DNA of 64,000 bases from an uncultured Reyranella sp. (GCA_964533955.1 CAZHQA010000001.1:44-64043), one strand, 5' to 3'. Numbered from the stretch's first letter, positions 1 through 10,771 are shown. Notes: generated by a model not told the origin, from the sequence alone. Numbers and translations are program-made.

Positions 1-47
1 ACGCACGCTTTCCAAGCGTGTGCCTTAAACCACTCGGCCACCTGTCC
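1..47 (-). tRNA. tRNA-Ser (anticodon GGA), 5' portion only; the 3' part lies outside the window
   Basis: Reverse complement of 1-47 reads GGACAGG-TG-GCCG-AGTGGTTTAA-GGCA-CACGC-TTGGAAA-GCGTG-CGT. This gives a 7-nt acceptor arm, a class II style D-arm (GCCGAGTGG), a 5-bp anticodon stem CACGC/GCGTG and the loop UUGGAAA (anticodon GGA). Variable arm, T-arm and 3' end are cut off by the window edge. Confidence 0.75.
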
Positions 48-139
48 TCGACAACGGTCGGAGGCTCTTATAGCGCGGCAACGGGCGGGGGCAACGGCCT
101 TCCCCGACGTGTCGCGGCTGGGCTAGACTCGCCGCCTCA

Positions 140-511
140 GTGGGGGAGTGGATGGTCCTTTTTCGGGCCTTGGGTTGGCTGCTGCTGGCGATGGCCGTCG
201 GGGCGGTGGTCTACGACGGGCTGGCCTGGTGGTCGGAAGGCGTGCTGCGCCTTTCGCCCTTGGGCGACCTCTGGTCGCGCCTCGACCTCGAGTCGCTGAA
301 CCGCGTCCAGTCGGCGGTGCAGCGCCACCTGTCGGTCAGCCTGTGGAGCTGGTTGGCCGTTCCGCTCCTCAGGATGCCTGCGCTGCCGACATTCGTGATC
401 GTCGGCCTGGTCTTCCTCTGGATCGGCCGGCGCGGCGGCAGCGTCGTCGAGGCAAGCTTCATCGGATCGAATCCGCCGCGGCGTCGGCGCGCCCGCAGCG
501 GGCTGTCGTGA
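140..511 (+). CDS. small integral membrane protein, function unknown
   Basis: ORF 140-511 has high third-position GC and three hydrophobic segments (LGWLLLAMAVGAVVY, LWSWLAVPLL, FVIVGLVFLWI). The other frames here are Arg/Gly/Pro-rich shadows. Start is uncertain: GTG 140, or ATG 152 preceded by GGGGAG. Confidence 0.6.
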   Translation: MGEWMVLFRALGWLLLAMAVGAVVYDGLAWWSEGVLRLSPLGDLWSRLDLESLNRVQSAVQRHLSVSLWSWLAVPLLRMPALPTFVIVGLVFLWIGRRGGSVVEASFIGSNPPRRRRARSGLS

Positions 512-528
512 GATCGAGCTGACTTTCC

Positions 529-2331
529 CTAGCGGTTATCCATCTTGAGCGCCGCGATGAAGGCGGACTGCGGGATCTCGACGTCGCCGACCTGGCGCAT
601 GCGCTTCTTGCCCTTCTTCTGCTTCTCGAGAAGCTTCTTCTTGCGGCTGATGTCGCCGCCATAGCACTTGGCCAGCACGTCCTTGCGCAGCGCGCTGATC
701 GTCTCGCGCGCCACCACCCGGCCGCCGATCGCCGCCTGGATGGCGATCTTGAAGAGCTGGCGCGGGATCAGGTCCTTGAGTCGCTCGCACAGCGCCCGGC
801 CGCGGGTCTCGGCGGCGGCCTTGTGCACGATCATGGAGAGTGCATCGACCGGCTCGGAGTTCACCAGGATGCTGAGCTTCACCAGGTCGCTCTCCTCGTA
901 CCCCGCCATCTCGTAGTCGAAGCTGGCATAGCCGCGCGTCACCGACTTCAGCCGATCGTAGAAATCGAACACCACCTCGTTGAGCGGCAGGCGGTAGATC
1001 GCCATGGCGCGCGTGCCGGCGTAGGTGAGCTCGACCTGCTGGCCGCGCCGTTCCTGGCAGAGCGTCAGCACCGACCCGAGATGCTCGTCGGGCGTGATGA
1101 TCGTGGCCTTGATCCACGGCTCCTGCATGGTCGCGATCTTCATCGGGTCGGGGTAGTCGGCCGGATTGTGCAGCTCCATCTCCGTGCCATCGGTCATCTT
1201 CACCTTGTAGACGACCGAGGGCGCGGTGGTGACGAGGTCGAGATTGAATTCGCGCTCCAGCCGCTCCTGGATGATCTCGAGATGCAGCAGCCCCAAAAAG
1301 CCGCAGCGGAAACCGAAGCCCAGCGCCGCGCTGGTCTCCGGCTCGAAATGGAACGAGGCGTCGTTGAGGCGGAGCTTGGACAGCGATTCGCGCAGGGTCT
1401 CGAACTCGGCGGCATCGGCCGGGAAGAGGCCGCAGAACACCACCGGCACCGAGGGCTTGAAGCCGGCCAGCATTTCGGTCGCGGGCTTGCGATCGTCGGT
1501 GATGGTGTCGCCCACCTTGCAGTCGGCGATGGTCTTGATGCCGGCGATGATGAAGCCGATCTCGCCGGGCCCGAGCTCGGCGGCATCGGTCGGCTTGGGC
1601 TTGAAGACACCGACCTTGTCGAGATCGTAGGAGGCGCCCACCGCCATCATGCGGATGCGCAGGCCCTTCTTCAGCACGCCGTCCTGGACGCGCACCAGCG
1701 TGACCACGCCGAGGTAGGGGTCGTACCAGCTGTCGACCAGCAGGGCCTTCAGGGGCGCGTTGCGGTCGCCCTTGGGCGGCGGCAGGCGCTTGACCATCGC
1801 TTCCAGGAGCTCGTCGATGCCAAGGCCGGTCTTGGCGGAGACCCGGATGGCGTCGGACGTATCGATGCCGACCACGTCCTCGATCTCCTGCGCGACCCGC
1901 TCAGGCTCGGCCGAGGGCAAGTCGATCTTGTTGAGGACAGGGATGATCTCGTGGTTGGCGTCGATCGCGTGATAGGCATTGGCCAGGGTCTGCGCCTCGA
2001 CGCCCTGGCTGGCGTCGACCACCAGCAGCGAGCCCTCGCAGGCGGCCAGCGAGCGGCTGACTTCGTAGGCGAAGTCGACATGGCCCGGCGTGTCCATCAG
2101 GTTCAGCACGTAGGTCTTGCCGTCCTGGGCCGGATAGTCGAGCCGCACGGTCTGCGCCTTGATGGTGATGCCGCGTTCGCGCTCGATGTCCATGGAATCG
2201 AGCATCTGGTCGTGGAACTCGCGTTCGGTCACCGCCCCGCAGCGCATCAGCAGGCGATCGGCCAGCGTGCTCTTGCCATGGTCGATATGGGCGATGATCG
2301 AAAAATTGCGGATCAACGACAGGTCGGTCAT
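529..2331 (-). CDS. lepA: elongation factor 4 (LepA)
   Basis: GTPase motifs [28 protein letters not shown], plus a full-length LepA-like C-terminal region. Preferred start is ATG at 2331 ([12 protein letters not shown]) rather than the GTG at 2352 used by the ORF track. Confidence 0.95.
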   Translation of the reverse strand: MTDLSLIRNFSIIAHIDHGKSTLADRLLMRCGAVTEREFHDQMLDSMDIERERGITIKAQTVRLDYPAQDGKTYVLNLMDTPGHVDFAYEVSRSLAACEGSLLVVDASQGVEAQTLANAYHAIDANHEIIPVLNKIDLPSAEPERVAQEIEDVVGIDTSDAIRVSAKTGLGIDELLEAMVKRLPPPKGDRNAPLKALLVDSWYDPYLGVVTLVRVQDGVLKKGLRIRMMAVGASYDLDKVGVFKPKPTDAAELGPGEIGFIIAGIKTIADCKVGDTITDDRKPATEMLAGFKPSVPVVFCGLFPADAAEFETLRESLSKLRLNDASFHFEPETSAALGFGFRCGFLGLLHLEIIQERLEREFNLDLVTTAPSVVYKVKMTDGTEMELHNPADYPDPMKIATMQEPWIKATIITPDEHLGSVLTLCQERRGQQVELTYAGTRAMAIYRLPLNEVVFDFYDRLKSVTRGYASFDYEMAGYEESDLVKLSILVNSEPVDALSMIVHKAAAETRGRALCERLKDLIPRQLFKIAIQAAIGGRVVARETISALRKDVLAKCYGGDISRKKKLLEKQKKGKKRMRQVGDVEIPQSAFIAALKMDNR

Positions 2332-2352
2332 TTTATACTCTTCTGGGACCAC

Positions 2353-2394
2353 GGGCCTGCGGCCCGCTCAGGATTCCGAGCGGGCCGCAGGCCC
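2353..2394 (-). other. GC-rich perfect hairpin between pheT stop and lepA start (possible 3' end stabiliser or terminator, no U-tract)
   Basis: GGGCCTGCGGCCCGCTC (2353-2369), loop AGGATTCC, then GAGCGGGCCGCAGGCCC (2378-2394): 17 perfect base pairs. No T-run follows on either strand. Confidence 0.4.
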
Positions 2395-2408
2395 GCGGTC
2401 CGGCAAAA

Positions 2409-4805
2409 CTACCCTCTCAACACCGCGCCCGTCGCTTTCGCAACAGCGCCCACGATCTTGGTCGAGACAGCCTCGATTTCGGCATCGGTCAAGGTGCGTT
2501 CGACGGGCTGCAAAGTGACCGCGATGGCCAGCGACTTCTTGCCCTCCGGCACGCCCTTGCCGGCATAGACGTCGAACACGCGAGCCCCGGAAATCAGCGC
2601 CCGGTCGGCATTGCGTGCGGCTCGAACCAGCTTCTCGGCCTCGACGCCGGCATCGACCAGGAAGGCAAAGTCGCGCTCGACCGGCTGGAAGGCCGACAGC
2701 ACGAGCTTGGGCCGGGCCCTGGTTGCCTTTGCCTTGGCCAGCGGCGGAGCATCGACGAACACCTCGAAGGCTGCGACCGGCCCCTTGAGATCGGCTTCGG
2801 CCACGAGCTGGGGGTGCAACTCGCCGAAGTGCGCCATCACGCGGTCGCCGAGCTTGAGCACGCCGGACCGCCCGGGGTGGTACCAGTCCGGCGCGCCGGT
2901 CTGGCTCGACAAATTGTCAGGTGCACCGACCGCCGCCAGGACGGCAAGCGCATCGGCCTTGGCGTCGAACACATCCACGGTGCGCGCCGGCCCCGCCCAG
3001 TTGCGCGGAACCGCCATGTTGTGGCGCACGCCGGCCGCGGCCAGCCGCTGCCCGCCGGGCGTGGCATCCGCGTAGACCGGGCCGACCTCGAACAGCGCCG
3101 GGTCGGCAAGGCCGCGCGCCTCGTTGCGCGCCGCCGCCTCGATCAGGTTGGGCAGGATCGAGGGCCGCATGGTGTCGAGCGTCGCATCGATCGAGTTCAG
3201 CAGGCGCAGGTCCTCGCCGCCGCCGCCGAAGCGCTCGGCGCGCTTGCGCGGCAGGAACGACCAGGTGACGGCCTCGCTCATGCCGCGGGCGGCGAGCGCC
3301 CGCCGCGCCTGCGGCGCGCGCTGCTGCAGCGGCGTGCGCACCGGCCCGGCTGTCGCCGAGAGGCCCGGCAGCGAGGTCGTCGGGATATGGTCGAAACCGA
3401 AGACGCGCGTCACTTCCTCGACCAGATCGGCCTCGCCGACGATGTCGGGCCGCCAGGACGGCACGGATGCGGTCCATGGGCCGGCGCCGGTCACGCCGAA
3501 GCCGAGCTTGCTCAGGATGTCGGCGGTCTGCTTGGCCGGCACGTCGATTGCGGTCAGCGTCTTCACCCGGTCGGCGCGCAGGGTGTAGCTGCGCTCCCAG
3601 TCGGGCATCACGCCGCTCCTGGTGATCTCGCTCGCCTCGCCGCCGCACAGGTCGAGGATCAGGCGGGTGGCGACGTCGGTGCCCCATTCGACCGACTGCG
3701 GGTCGATGCCCCGTTCGAATCGGTAGCGCGCGTCGGACTGGATGCCGAGCTTGCGGCCGGTGGCGGCGACCTTGATCGGCGTGAAGTAGGCGACCTCGAG
3801 GAACACCTCGGTGGTGTCGTCCTGCACGCCGGTCGCCTCGCCGCCCATCACGCCGCCGATGCCGTGGGCTGCCTTGGAATCGGCGATGACCGACACGGCG
3901 GGATCGAGCGTGTAGGTCTTGCCGTCGAGCGCCAGGATGGTCTCGCCCTGGCGGGCCTGGCGCATGACCAGGTCGCCCGAGAGCTTCCCGGCGTCGAACA
4001 CGTGCAGCGGCCTGTTGAGGTCGAAGGTGACCAGGTTGGTGATGTCGACCAGCGTGGAGATCGGCCTGAGGCCGATCGCCTTCAGCCGGCGCTGCAGCCA
4101 CTCCGGGGAGGGGCCGTTCTTCAGGCCGCGGAAGTGGCGGCCGACCACGATGGGGCAGGGGCTGTCGGGCCTGGCCTCGTAGCCATGCGTCCACTTGATC
4201 GGGCTCGCATAGGTGCCCGCGATGCGCTCTGCCTTGAACGGCCTGAGAGTGCCCGCGCCGGCGGCCGCGAGGTCGCGCGCGATGCCGTGCACGCCCAGGC
4301 AGTCGCCGCGGTTGGGCGTCACCTTGATCTCGATCACCGGGTCGTCGAGGCCGAGCGCCTCGGCAGCCGGCGCGCCGGTCGTGGCGTCGGCCGGCAGGTC
4401 GATGATGCCGCTATGGTCGTCGCCCAGCTGCAGCTCGCGGCTCGAGCACAGCATGCCGTTCGAGTCCTCGCCGCGGATCTTGCTCGCCTTGAGCAGCAGG
4501 TCGGTGCCGGGAATGTAGCTGCCGGTCGGCGCGAAGATGCCTTTCATGCCGGTGCGCGCATTGGGGGCGCCGCACACGACCTGGACGATGCCCGAACCGG
4601 TGTCGACCTTGCAGACGCGCAACCGGTCGGCGTTGGGATGCTGTGTGGCCTCGACCACGTAGCCGACCACGAAGCCCTTGAGAGTCTCGCCCGGGTTGGC
4701 GACGCCCTCGACTTCGAGGCCAAGCATGGTCAGGCGCTCGCGGATCTCGGCAAGCGACGCGGTGGTGTCGAGATGCTCCTTGAGCCAGGAGAGCGTGAAC
4801 TTCAT
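2409..4805 (-). CDS. pheT: phenylalanine--tRNA ligase beta subunit
   Basis: Only the part of the 1031-aa ORF 2409-5504 that starts at ATG 4805 ([13 protein letters not shown]) is PheT-like, with a typical C-terminal domain ([22 protein letters not shown]). It makes an ATGA overlap with the pheS stop at 4802-4805. The upstream part of the ORF overlaps pheS out of frame. Confidence 0.95.
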   Translation of the reverse strand: MKFTLSWLKEHLDTTASLAEIRERLTMLGLEVEGVANPGETLKGFVVGYVVEATQHPNADRLRVCKVDTGSGIVQVVCGAPNARTGMKGIFAPTGSYIPGTDLLLKASKIRGEDSNGMLCSSRELQLGDDHSGIIDLPADATTGAPAAEALGLDDPVIEIKVTPNRGDCLGVHGIARDLAAAGAGTLRPFKAERIAGTYASPIKWTHGYEARPDSPCPIVVGRHFRGLKNGPSPEWLQRRLKAIGLRPISTLVDITNLVTFDLNRPLHVFDAGKLSGDLVMRQARQGETILALDGKTYTLDPAVSVIADSKAAHGIGGVMGGEATGVQDDTTEVFLEVAYFTPIKVAATGRKLGIQSDARYRFERGIDPQSVEWGTDVATRLILDLCGGEASEITRSGVMPDWERSYTLRADRVKTLTAIDVPAKQTADILSKLGFGVTGAGPWTASVPSWRPDIVGEADLVEEVTRVFGFDHIPTTSLPGLSATAGPVRTPLQQRAPQARRALAARGMSEAVTWSFLPRKRAERFGGGGEDLRLLNSIDATLDTMRPSILPNLIEAAARNEARGLADPALFEVGPVYADATPGGQRLAAAGVRHNMAVPRNWAGPARTVDVFDAKADALAVLAAVGAPDNLSSQTGAPDWYHPGRSGVLKLGDRVMAHFGELHPQLVAEADLKGPVAAFEVFVDAPPLAKAKATRARPKLVLSAFQPVERDFAFLVDAGVEAEKLVRAARNADRALISGARVFDVYAGKGVPEGKKSLAIAVTLQPVERTLTDAEIEAVSTKIVGAVAKATGAVLRG

Positions 4806-5881
4806 CGCACGCTCTCCAGCGCCGAGAATCCGTAGTGGCGCAGCCAGCGCAGATCCGAATCGAAGAAGCTGCGCAGGTCGGGGATGCCGTATTTCAGCAT
4901 GGCGATCCGGTCGATGCCCATGCCGAAGGCGAAGCCCTGGTACACGGCGGGATCGAGGCCGCAATTGGCGATCACGTTGGGATGCACCATGCCGCAGCCG
5001 AGGATCTCCAGCCACGAATCGCCGGCGCCGATCCTGAGCTCGCCGCCCTTCCACGAGCAGCCGATATCGACTTCCGCCGACGGTTCGGTGAACGGGAAGT
5101 AGGAGGGGCGGAAGCGGAAGGGCAGTTCGTCGACCTCGAAGTAGGCGCGGCAGAAGTCGTACAGGCAGCCCTTGAGGTGCCCCATGTGGGTCATGCGATC
5201 GATCACCAGGCCCTCGACCTGGTGGAACATCGGCGTGTGCGTGGCATCGCTGTCGATGCGGAAGGTGCGGCCCGGCACGATGACGCGCAGCGAGCCGCCG
5301 TCGGCCAGCATCTTCTGCACGTTCTTGTCGAGCATGGTGCGCGCCTGAACCGGCGAGGTGTGCGTGCGCAGCACCATCGGCGTGCCGTCGGCGCGCGAGG
5401 GCAAATAGAAAGTGTCCTGCATCTGCCGCGCCGGATGGTCGGGCGGGATGTTGAGGGCCGTGAAGTTGTGCCAGTCGTCCTCGATATCGGGACCGTCGGC
5501 CCACACGAAGCCCATGTCGCCGAAGATGGCGGCGAGCTCATCCATCACCTGGCCGATCGGATGGAGGGTGCCGCGGCCCTCCGGCCGGGTTGGCAGGCTG
5601 ACATCGACCTTCTCCGAGACGAGCCTGGCGGCAAGCGCCGAAGCGCCTAGCCCGCTCTTGCGGGCCTCGATGGCGGCCTCGATCTCGCCCTTGAGCTGGT
5701 TGACGCGCGCGCCGAATTCCTTGCGCTCGGTCGGTGCCAGGCCGCCCAGCGTCTTCATCAGGCCGGTGACGCTGCCTTTCTTGCCCAGTGTCGCCACGCG
5801 CGCAGCATCGAGGGCGGCGAGGTCGGCCGCCTGCTCGATGGCGCCAAGCGCCGTGCTGCGTATCGTCGAAAGATCATCCAT
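4802..5881 (-). CDS. pheS: phenylalanine--tRNA ligase alpha subunit
   Basis: Class II aaRS motifs [25 protein letters not shown] and [21 protein letters not shown] 5881 (MDDLSTIRS) is preceded by GGAGCGAAGG. The ORF-track start at 5893 is a GTG 3 nt after a terminator hairpin. Confidence 0.93.
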   Translation of the reverse strand: MDDLSTIRSTALGAIEQAADLAALDAARVATLGKKGSVTGLMKTLGGLAPTERKEFGARVNQLKGEIEAAIEARKSGLGASALAARLVSEKVDVSLPTRPEGRGTLHPIGQVMDELAAIFGDMGFVWADGPDIEDDWHNFTALNIPPDHPARQMQDTFYLPSRADGTPMVLRTHTSPVQARTMLDKNVQKMLADGGSLRVIVPGRTFRIDSDATHTPMFHQVEGLVIDRMTHMGHLKGCLYDFCRAYFEVDELPFRFRPSYFPFTEPSAEVDIGCSWKGGELRIGAGDSWLEILGCGMVHPNVIANCGLDPAVYQGFAFGMGIDRIAMLKYGIPDLRSFFDSDLRWLRHYGFSALESVR

Positions 5882-5896
5882 CCTTCGCTCCACACG

Positions 5897-5928
5897 AAAA
5901 GAGGGAGCCTGAGACCCAGGCTCCCTCT
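5897..5928 (-). terminator. intrinsic terminator/attenuator hairpin between rplT and pheS
   Basis: The minus strand reads AGAGGGAGCC-TGGGTCTCA-GGCTCCCTCT followed by TTTCG. That is a 10-bp perfect stem with a 9-nt loop and a short U-tract, 40 nt downstream of the rplT stop. Confidence 0.6.
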
Positions 5929-5967
5929 CTTAATCTCCATCCGCTGCGCCGTGCGGCGCGGCAGACA

Positions 5968-6324
5968 CTACTTGAGGGCGGCCTGGGCCTGTTCGACCAA
6001 AGCCTTAAAGGCAGCGGGCTCCCGCATGGCCAGATCGGCCATTACCTTGCGGTCGACCTCGATCCCGGCCTTCAGGATGCCATTCATGAACTTCGAATAG
6101 GTCAGCCCGTGCTCGCGGACCGCAGCGTTGATGCGCTGGATCCACAGGCCGCGGAAGGCGCGCTTCTTGTTGCGCCGGTCGCGATAGGCGTACTGCAGGC
6201 CCTTCTCGACCTTCTCGATGCCGACGCGGAACGCCACCTTGGCGCGGCCGCGATAGCCCTTGGCGAGCTTCAGGACCTTCTTGTGACGAGCGTGTGCAGC
6301 CACGCCCCGCTTGACGCGTGCCAT
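5968..6324 (-). CDS. rplT: 50S ribosomal protein L20
   Basis: [29 protein letters not shown] is full-length L20-like sequence (118 aa). Confidence 0.97.
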   Translation of the reverse strand: MARVKRGVAAHARHKKVLKLAKGYRGRAKVAFRVGIEKVEKGLQYAYRDRRNKKRAFRGLWIQRINAAVREHGLTYSKFMNGILKAGIEVDRKVMADLAMREPAAFKALVEQAQAALK

Positions 6325-6327
6325 GGC

Positions 6328-6531
6328 CTACCTCTCGTACGGGAAGAAGTTGCGCTTGATGATCCGGCTGTCGGATTCCGACACCAGGGTCATCCCGGTC
6401 TGCTGGCGCAGGAAGCGGTTGCCCCGCTTGGTCATGCCGTGGCGCTTGCCGGCCACGCCGTGTTTCACCTTGCCGGACGCCGTGAAGCGGAAGCGCTTCT
6501 TGGCCCCGCTCTTGGTCTTCATCTTGGGCAT
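6328..6531 (-). CDS. rpmI: 50S ribosomal protein L35
   Basis: [31 protein letters not shown]. Length is 67 aa, with a 3-nt gap to rplT. Confidence 0.95.
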   Translation of the reverse strand: MPKMKTKSGAKKRFRFTASGKVKHGVAGKRHGMTKRGNRFLRQQTGMTLVSESDSRIIKRNFFPYER

Positions 6532-6775
6532 TTTCGTTCCTTTTCAAAGGGTTACGATAGGCAGCCGAGGCAATGCCCTTTGGGCCAGGCCGCCGAAGGA
6601 AGGGGGCTTATAGCTATGCCAAGCAAGGCACGCAAGCACGCCGGCCCTACCCCGGGAAGAGCTGCGGACCGGTCTCGATCGGTGCGCAGTAACCGGCGCG
6701 CCTTGTGGCACCATTCATGCTGTTGTGCATGCTTCGAGGCGCGTACTTCGTACGCTCCTCAACATGGGGTGTGGC

Positions 6776-7534
6776 ATGAAACTGGCTGGCAAGACTGCGC
6801 TCGTGACGGGCGCCCAACAGGGTATCGGGGCTGCAATCGCGCTGGCATTCGCCAGCGAGGGCGCGGACGTCGCCATCAACTGGCTGGATGACGAAAAAGC
6901 CGCCGAGGCAGTGGCGGGCGGCGTGCGCCAATACGGCAGGCGCGCCGCCCTGATCAGGGCCGACATGTCCAAGCTTGCCGACGTCGAGGCGATGGTCGCC
7001 GAAACCACGCGCCAGCTCGGGCCGCCAGACATCCTGGTCAACAATGCCGGCGTCTATCCGCGCGTGAAGTTCCTGGAGATGCGCGAGAGCGACTGGGACT
7101 ACGTGCTCGACATCAATCTGAAGGCCGGCTGCTTTGCCACCATCGCGGCGGCCAAGGCCCTGATCGCCGCCGGCCGCAAGAGCGGCTCGGTGATCAATCT
7201 CTCCTCGCAGTCGGTGCGGGGCGCAGTGCGTGGCGTGCACTACAGCGCCAGCAAGGGCGGAGTCGTCTCGATGACCCGCGCCATGGCGCTCGAACTCGCA
7301 CCGCACAACATCCGGGTCAATGCAATCGCGCCCGGCACCACCGACACGGCCCAGCCGCGCTACGGCAACACCGATGCCGAGCTGATCGAAATGGCGCGGG
7401 CCAACATCCCGCTGGGCGGCAAGCTGCTGACGCCCGACCAGATCGCGCGCACCGCGGTGTTCCTGGCGTCAGATGACTCCAGCGCCACGACCGGCCAGGT
7501 GCTGCACGTGAACGGCGGCGCCTATATGCCCTGA
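6776..7534 (+). CDS. SDR-family oxidoreductase (3-oxoacyl-ACP reductase-like)
   Basis: Rossmann motif KTALVTGAQQGIGAAIALAF, NNAG, and catalytic YSASKGG. ATG 6776 (MKLAGK) is preferred over GTG 6725. Confidence 0.85.
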   Translation: MKLAGKTALVTGAQQGIGAAIALAFASEGADVAINWLDDEKAAEAVAGGVRQYGRRAALIRADMSKLADVEAMVAETTRQLGPPDILVNNAGVYPRVKFLEMRESDWDYVLDINLKAGCFATIAAAKALIAAGRKSGSVINLSSQSVRGAVRGVHYSASKGGVVSMTRAMALELAPHNIRVNAIAPGTTDTAQPRYGNTDAELIEMARANIPLGGKLLTPDQIARTAVFLASDDSSATTGQVLHVNGGAYMP

Positions 7535-7544
7535 ACGCCCAAGA

Positions 7545-8081
7545 CTATTTGGGCGCGAGCACCATGATCATCTGGCGGCCTTCCATGCGGGGCATCGATT
7601 CGATCTTGGTCAGCGGATCCATCTCGGAGCGAACGCGATTGAGGACCTGCAGGCCGAGTTCGGAATGGACCATTTCGCGGCCGCGGAAACGCAGGGTGAC
7701 CTTCACCTTGTCGCCTTCCTCGATGAACCGCTTCATCGCCCGCATCTTCACTTCGTAGTCGTGATCGTCGATGTTGGGCCGCATCTTGATCTCTTTGACC
7801 TCGATCACCTTCTGGTGCTTGCGGGCCTCGTGTGCCTTCTTCTGGGCCTCGTACTTGTACTTGCCGTAGTCGGAGATCTTGGCGACCGGCGGAACCGCAT
7901 TGGGCGAAATCTCGATCAGGTCGAGCGCGGCCTCTTCGGCCATTTCCAGCGCTTCGCGGGTGCTTACGACGCCGACCATCTCGCCGTTCTCGTCGATCAG
8001 TCGGACTTGTGGCGCTCTGATTTCGCCATTGACGCGCGGACCATCCCGGGTCGGCGCGCTTTGCTGTGCAGGACGTGCTAT
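7545..8081 (-). CDS. infC: translation initiation factor IF-3, non-canonical ATA start
   Basis: The ORF-track piece 7545-7979 starts inside IF-3. The same frame continues upstream as [34 protein letters not shown], including the conserved IF-3 N-terminal motif [14 protein letters not shown]. No ATG/GTG/TTG lies in frame back to the TAG at 8139-8141. The ATA at 8079-8081 sits 9 nt after GGGAG. Confidence 0.85.
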   Translation of the reverse strand: MARPAQQSAPTRDGPRVNGEIRAPQVRLIDENGEMVGVVSTREALEMAEEAALDLIEISPNAVPPVAKISDYGKYKYEAQKKAHEARKHQKVIEVKEIKMRPNIDDHDYEVKMRAMKRFIEEGDKVKVTLRFRGREMVHSELGLQVLNRVRSEMDPLTKIESMPRMEGRQMIMVLAPK

Positions 8082-8138
8082 GGCTTCATTCTCCCTCGTT
8101 AAAGCCCGATACGGGCGGAAAACGAGGCCGCAGACTCC

Positions 8139-10079
8139 CTAGAAGGGAGGCCGGGCCTCTGTCGAAAGTGTAGTGACGGCGGCCCCCAATTCAAGGACCT
8201 CCTGCTTCTCCGAGCCGAGACGGCGCACCGCGACCGTCTTGTTCTCCATGTCGCGGCGGCCGACCGCCAGGATCAGCGGTACGTGGGCCAGCGAGTGCTC
8301 GCGGACCTTGTAGTTGATCTTCTCGTTGCGCAAGTCGAGGTCGACCCGCATGCCGGCGGCGCGCAACTGGGCCGCGACCTCGTTGGCATAGCTGTCGGCA
8401 TCGTTGACGATGGTGGCCACCACTGCTTGCGTCGGCGCCAGCCACATCGGAAAGCGGCCGGCATAGTGCTCGATGAGAACGCCGATCATGCGCTCGAAGC
8501 TGCCGAAGATGGCGCGGTGCAGCATCACCGGCACCTTGCGCGAGCCGTCCTCGGCGACGTAGCTCGCGCCCAGCCGCTCGGGCAGCATGAAATCGACCTG
8601 CAGGGTGCCGCACTGCCAGTCGCGGCCGATGGCATCGCGCAGCACGAACTCCAGTTTCGGCCCATAGAACGCGCCTTCACCCGGATTGAGCTGCAGCTCG
8701 AGGCCGGCCGCCTTCGAGGCCGATTTCAAGGCGCCCTCGGCCTGGTCCCACACCGCATCGGAGCCGATGCGCATCGCCGGCCGGTCCGAGAATTTCACGA
8801 AGTACTCGAAACCGAGGTCGCGATAGACCTCGCCGAGCAGCTTGCAGAAGCGAATCGTCTCGCTCTCGATCTGGTCCTCGGAGCAGAAGATGTGCGCGTC
8901 GTCCTGCGTGAAGTTGCGCACGCGCAGGATGCCGTGCAGCGCGCCCGATGGCTCGAAGCGATGGCACGAGCCCATCTCGGCGATGCGCAGCGGCAGCTCG
9001 CGATAGCTGCGGAGTCCCTGGTTGAAGACCTGGATGTGGCACGGGCAGTTCATCGGCTTCAGCGCGAACACGCGCTTGGCCGGATCGGCGAAGAACTCGC
9101 GCAGGCCCTCCTCGTTCTCGCTGAGATACATGTTCTCGCGGAACTTCTCCCAGTGGCCCGATGCTTCCCACAGCCGGCGATCGTTGAGTTGCGGCGTCTT
9201 GACCTCGACATAGCCGCCGGCTTCGAGCTTGCGGCGCAGGTAGTTCTCCAGCGTGCGCCACAGCGTCCAGCCCTTGGGGTGCCAGTAGACCATGCCGGCC
9301 GAATCTTCCTGCTGATGGAACAGGCCCATCTCGCGGCCGAGACGCCGGTGGTCGCGCTTCTCGGCCTCCTCCAGGCGATGCAGGTAGGCCTTCAGGTCCT
9401 TGTCGGAGAAGAACACCGTGCCGTAGACGCGCTGCAGCTGGGCGTTCCTGGCGTCGCCGCGCCAGTAGGCACCCGACACCTTGGTGAGCTTGAACGCCTT
9501 GCCGAGCTTGCCCGTCGAGGGCAGGTGCGGCCCCAGGCACATGTCGAGCCAGTCGCCCTGCTTGTAGACCGAGATCTCCTCGTCCTTGGGCAGCTCATCG
9601 GCCCATTCGGCTTTGAACTTCTCGCCGTGGTCGACGAAGTACTGCTTGATCCTGGCTCGGTCCCACACCTCGCGCTCGATCGGCAGGTCGCGGTCGACGA
9701 TCTCGGCCATGCGCCGCTCGATTCTGGCGAAGTCTTCCGGCGTGAACGGCTCGGACCGCACGAAGTCGTAGTAGAAGCCGTCCTCGGTAGCGGGACCGAA
9801 CGTGATCTGCGTGCCAGGAAAAAGCTCCTGCACCGCCTGGGCGAGGACGTGCGCCGCGTCGTGGCGCAGCAGTTCGAGCGCCTCGGGGTCACGCGACGTC
9901 ACGATGCCGATCTTGGCATCGTGGTCGACGACCGATGAAAGATCCTTCAGCTTGCCGTCGACCTTGACCGCCAGCGCCGCCTTGGCGAGGCCGGGACCGA
10001 TCGCGGCAGCGATTTCGGCACCGTTCACCGGCTTGTCGAATTTCCGGACCGAACCGTCCGGCAGGGAAACATTGATCAT
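8139..10079 (-). CDS. thrS: threonine--tRNA ligase
   Basis: TGS-like N terminus ([13 protein letters not shown]) and class II core motifs [24 protein letters not shown] and [13 protein letters not shown] 10079 is preceded by AGGTGG. Confidence 0.95.
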   Translation of the reverse strand: MINVSLPDGSVRKFDKPVNGAEIAAAIGPGLAKAALAVKVDGKLKDLSSVVDHDAKIGIVTSRDPEALELLRHDAAHVLAQAVQELFPGTQITFGPATEDGFYYDFVRSEPFTPEDFARIERRMAEIVDRDLPIEREVWDRARIKQYFVDHGEKFKAEWADELPKDEEISVYKQGDWLDMCLGPHLPSTGKLGKAFKLTKVSGAYWRGDARNAQLQRVYGTVFFSDKDLKAYLHRLEEAEKRDHRRLGREMGLFHQQEDSAGMVYWHPKGWTLWRTLENYLRRKLEAGGYVEVKTPQLNDRRLWEASGHWEKFRENMYLSENEEGLREFFADPAKRVFALKPMNCPCHIQVFNQGLRSYRELPLRIAEMGSCHRFEPSGALHGILRVRNFTQDDAHIFCSEDQIESETIRFCKLLGEVYRDLGFEYFVKFSDRPAMRIGSDAVWDQAEGALKSASKAAGLELQLNPGEGAFYGPKLEFVLRDAIGRDWQCGTLQVDFMLPERLGASYVAEDGSRKVPVMLHRAIFGSFERMIGVLIEHYAGRFPMWLAPTQAVVATIVNDADSYANEVAAQLRAAGMRVDLDLRNEKINYKVREHSLAHVPLILAVGRRDMENKTVAVRRLGSEKQEVLELGAAVTTLSTEARPPF

Positions 10080-10285
10080 GGCAACCACCTAGATAAGATT
10101 CCGAACACGGCTCATCGCCCGGCGCGGGGCGCCGGCGGCCAGGGCCGGGAAGCGGCACAAGTGTGCGCGCCCGGCCGAATCAAGTTCGGACGGTGGTCAG
10201 TGTCGCGGGAGCGGGGAAGGACTTCCGATCCATGCGCTGGGAGATAATTGTGCGGATGGCCCGAGTCAAGCTGGCGGCTCGCCCG

Positions 10286-10759
10286 CTATCGGGTGCCGGA
10301 CCAGCGAAACGGCAGCGTCGTGCCCTCGGGTTGGTAGGACCCGCTGAGCGCCGCGCCTTCGCCGCGGGCCTCCAGCCGGAAATTGCCGCGCAGCGGGAAA
10401 TCGGCGTCGGAGTCGGGCTGGTCGAAGGTACCGGTCCAGACGTTCTGGTCGTAGCCGACCGAGCCGTGCAGCACGACAAGCCCCTCCTTGGCCTCCCAGT
10501 AGCCGACGAGATCGCCGTTCTGGCGGGCGGTGATGGTGAGCCTGCCGTGGCAGGGGCATCGGGAATCGATGTGCCCGTCCCAGGTGAGCTTCCAGTCGCC
10601 GAGAAAATCGCCGACGGTGCCCTGCGGCGGTCCGAGGAAATTGCCTGACGGTCCGCCGATCGGCGCTCCCATGCCGCTGCCCTGCTGTCCGAGCGCACTA
10701 CCGTCGATCGACGCGACGAGCAGCAGGACGGCGGCGAAAATTGAGCAGGGTCGTGGCAC
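10286..10759 (-). CDS. secreted hypothetical protein
   Basis: N-terminal signal peptide (MPRPCSIFAAVLLLVASIDGSALG) followed by a Gly-rich linker and a beta-rich domain. No recognisable family. Confidence 0.6.
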   Translation of the reverse strand: MPRPCSIFAAVLLLVASIDGSALGQQGSGMGAPIGGPSGNFLGPPQGTVGDFLGDWKLTWDGHIDSRCPCHGRLTITARQNGDLVGYWEAKEGLVVLHGSVGYDQNVWTGTFDQPDSDADFPLRGNFRLEARGEGAALSGSYQPEGTTLPFRWSGTR

Positions 10760-10771
10760 GGCGCGCGCTCC

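Noticed and set aside
1-140. Possible integration hotspot or genomic island next to the tRNA-Ser gene
   Set aside because: No integrase, direct repeat of the tRNA 3' end or compositional shift is visible inside the window. The neighbouring genes are core genes.
823-2568. 581-aa plus-strand ORF
   Set aside because: It is antisense to lepA, with Arg/Gly/Asp/His-rich low-complexity translation and no recognisable motifs. Long stop-free antisense frames are expected in high-GC genes.
4806-5504. N-terminal extension of the 1031-aa ORF containing pheT
   Set aside because: This part overlaps pheS in another frame and is Arg/His/Pro-rich. PheT homology begins exactly at the ATG at 4805, which forms an ATGA junction with pheS.
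5882-5967. pheM-like Phe-rich leader peptide for attenuation of pheST
   Set aside because: The 86-nt spacer contains no ORF with Phe codons. Only a simple hairpin plus a short U-tract is present.
10175-10189. Palindrome CCGAATCAAGTTCGG upstream of thrS shares a 14-mer (CGAATCAAGTTCGG) with the control region of the beta-propeller operon at 32645-32658; both are followed by GGTGG
   Set aside because: By a rough estimate, exact 14-mer coincidences are not rare when both strands of 64 kb are compared. The two contexts are functionally unrelated. It is worth a genome-wide motif count but is not supportable as a regulatory site from this window alone.
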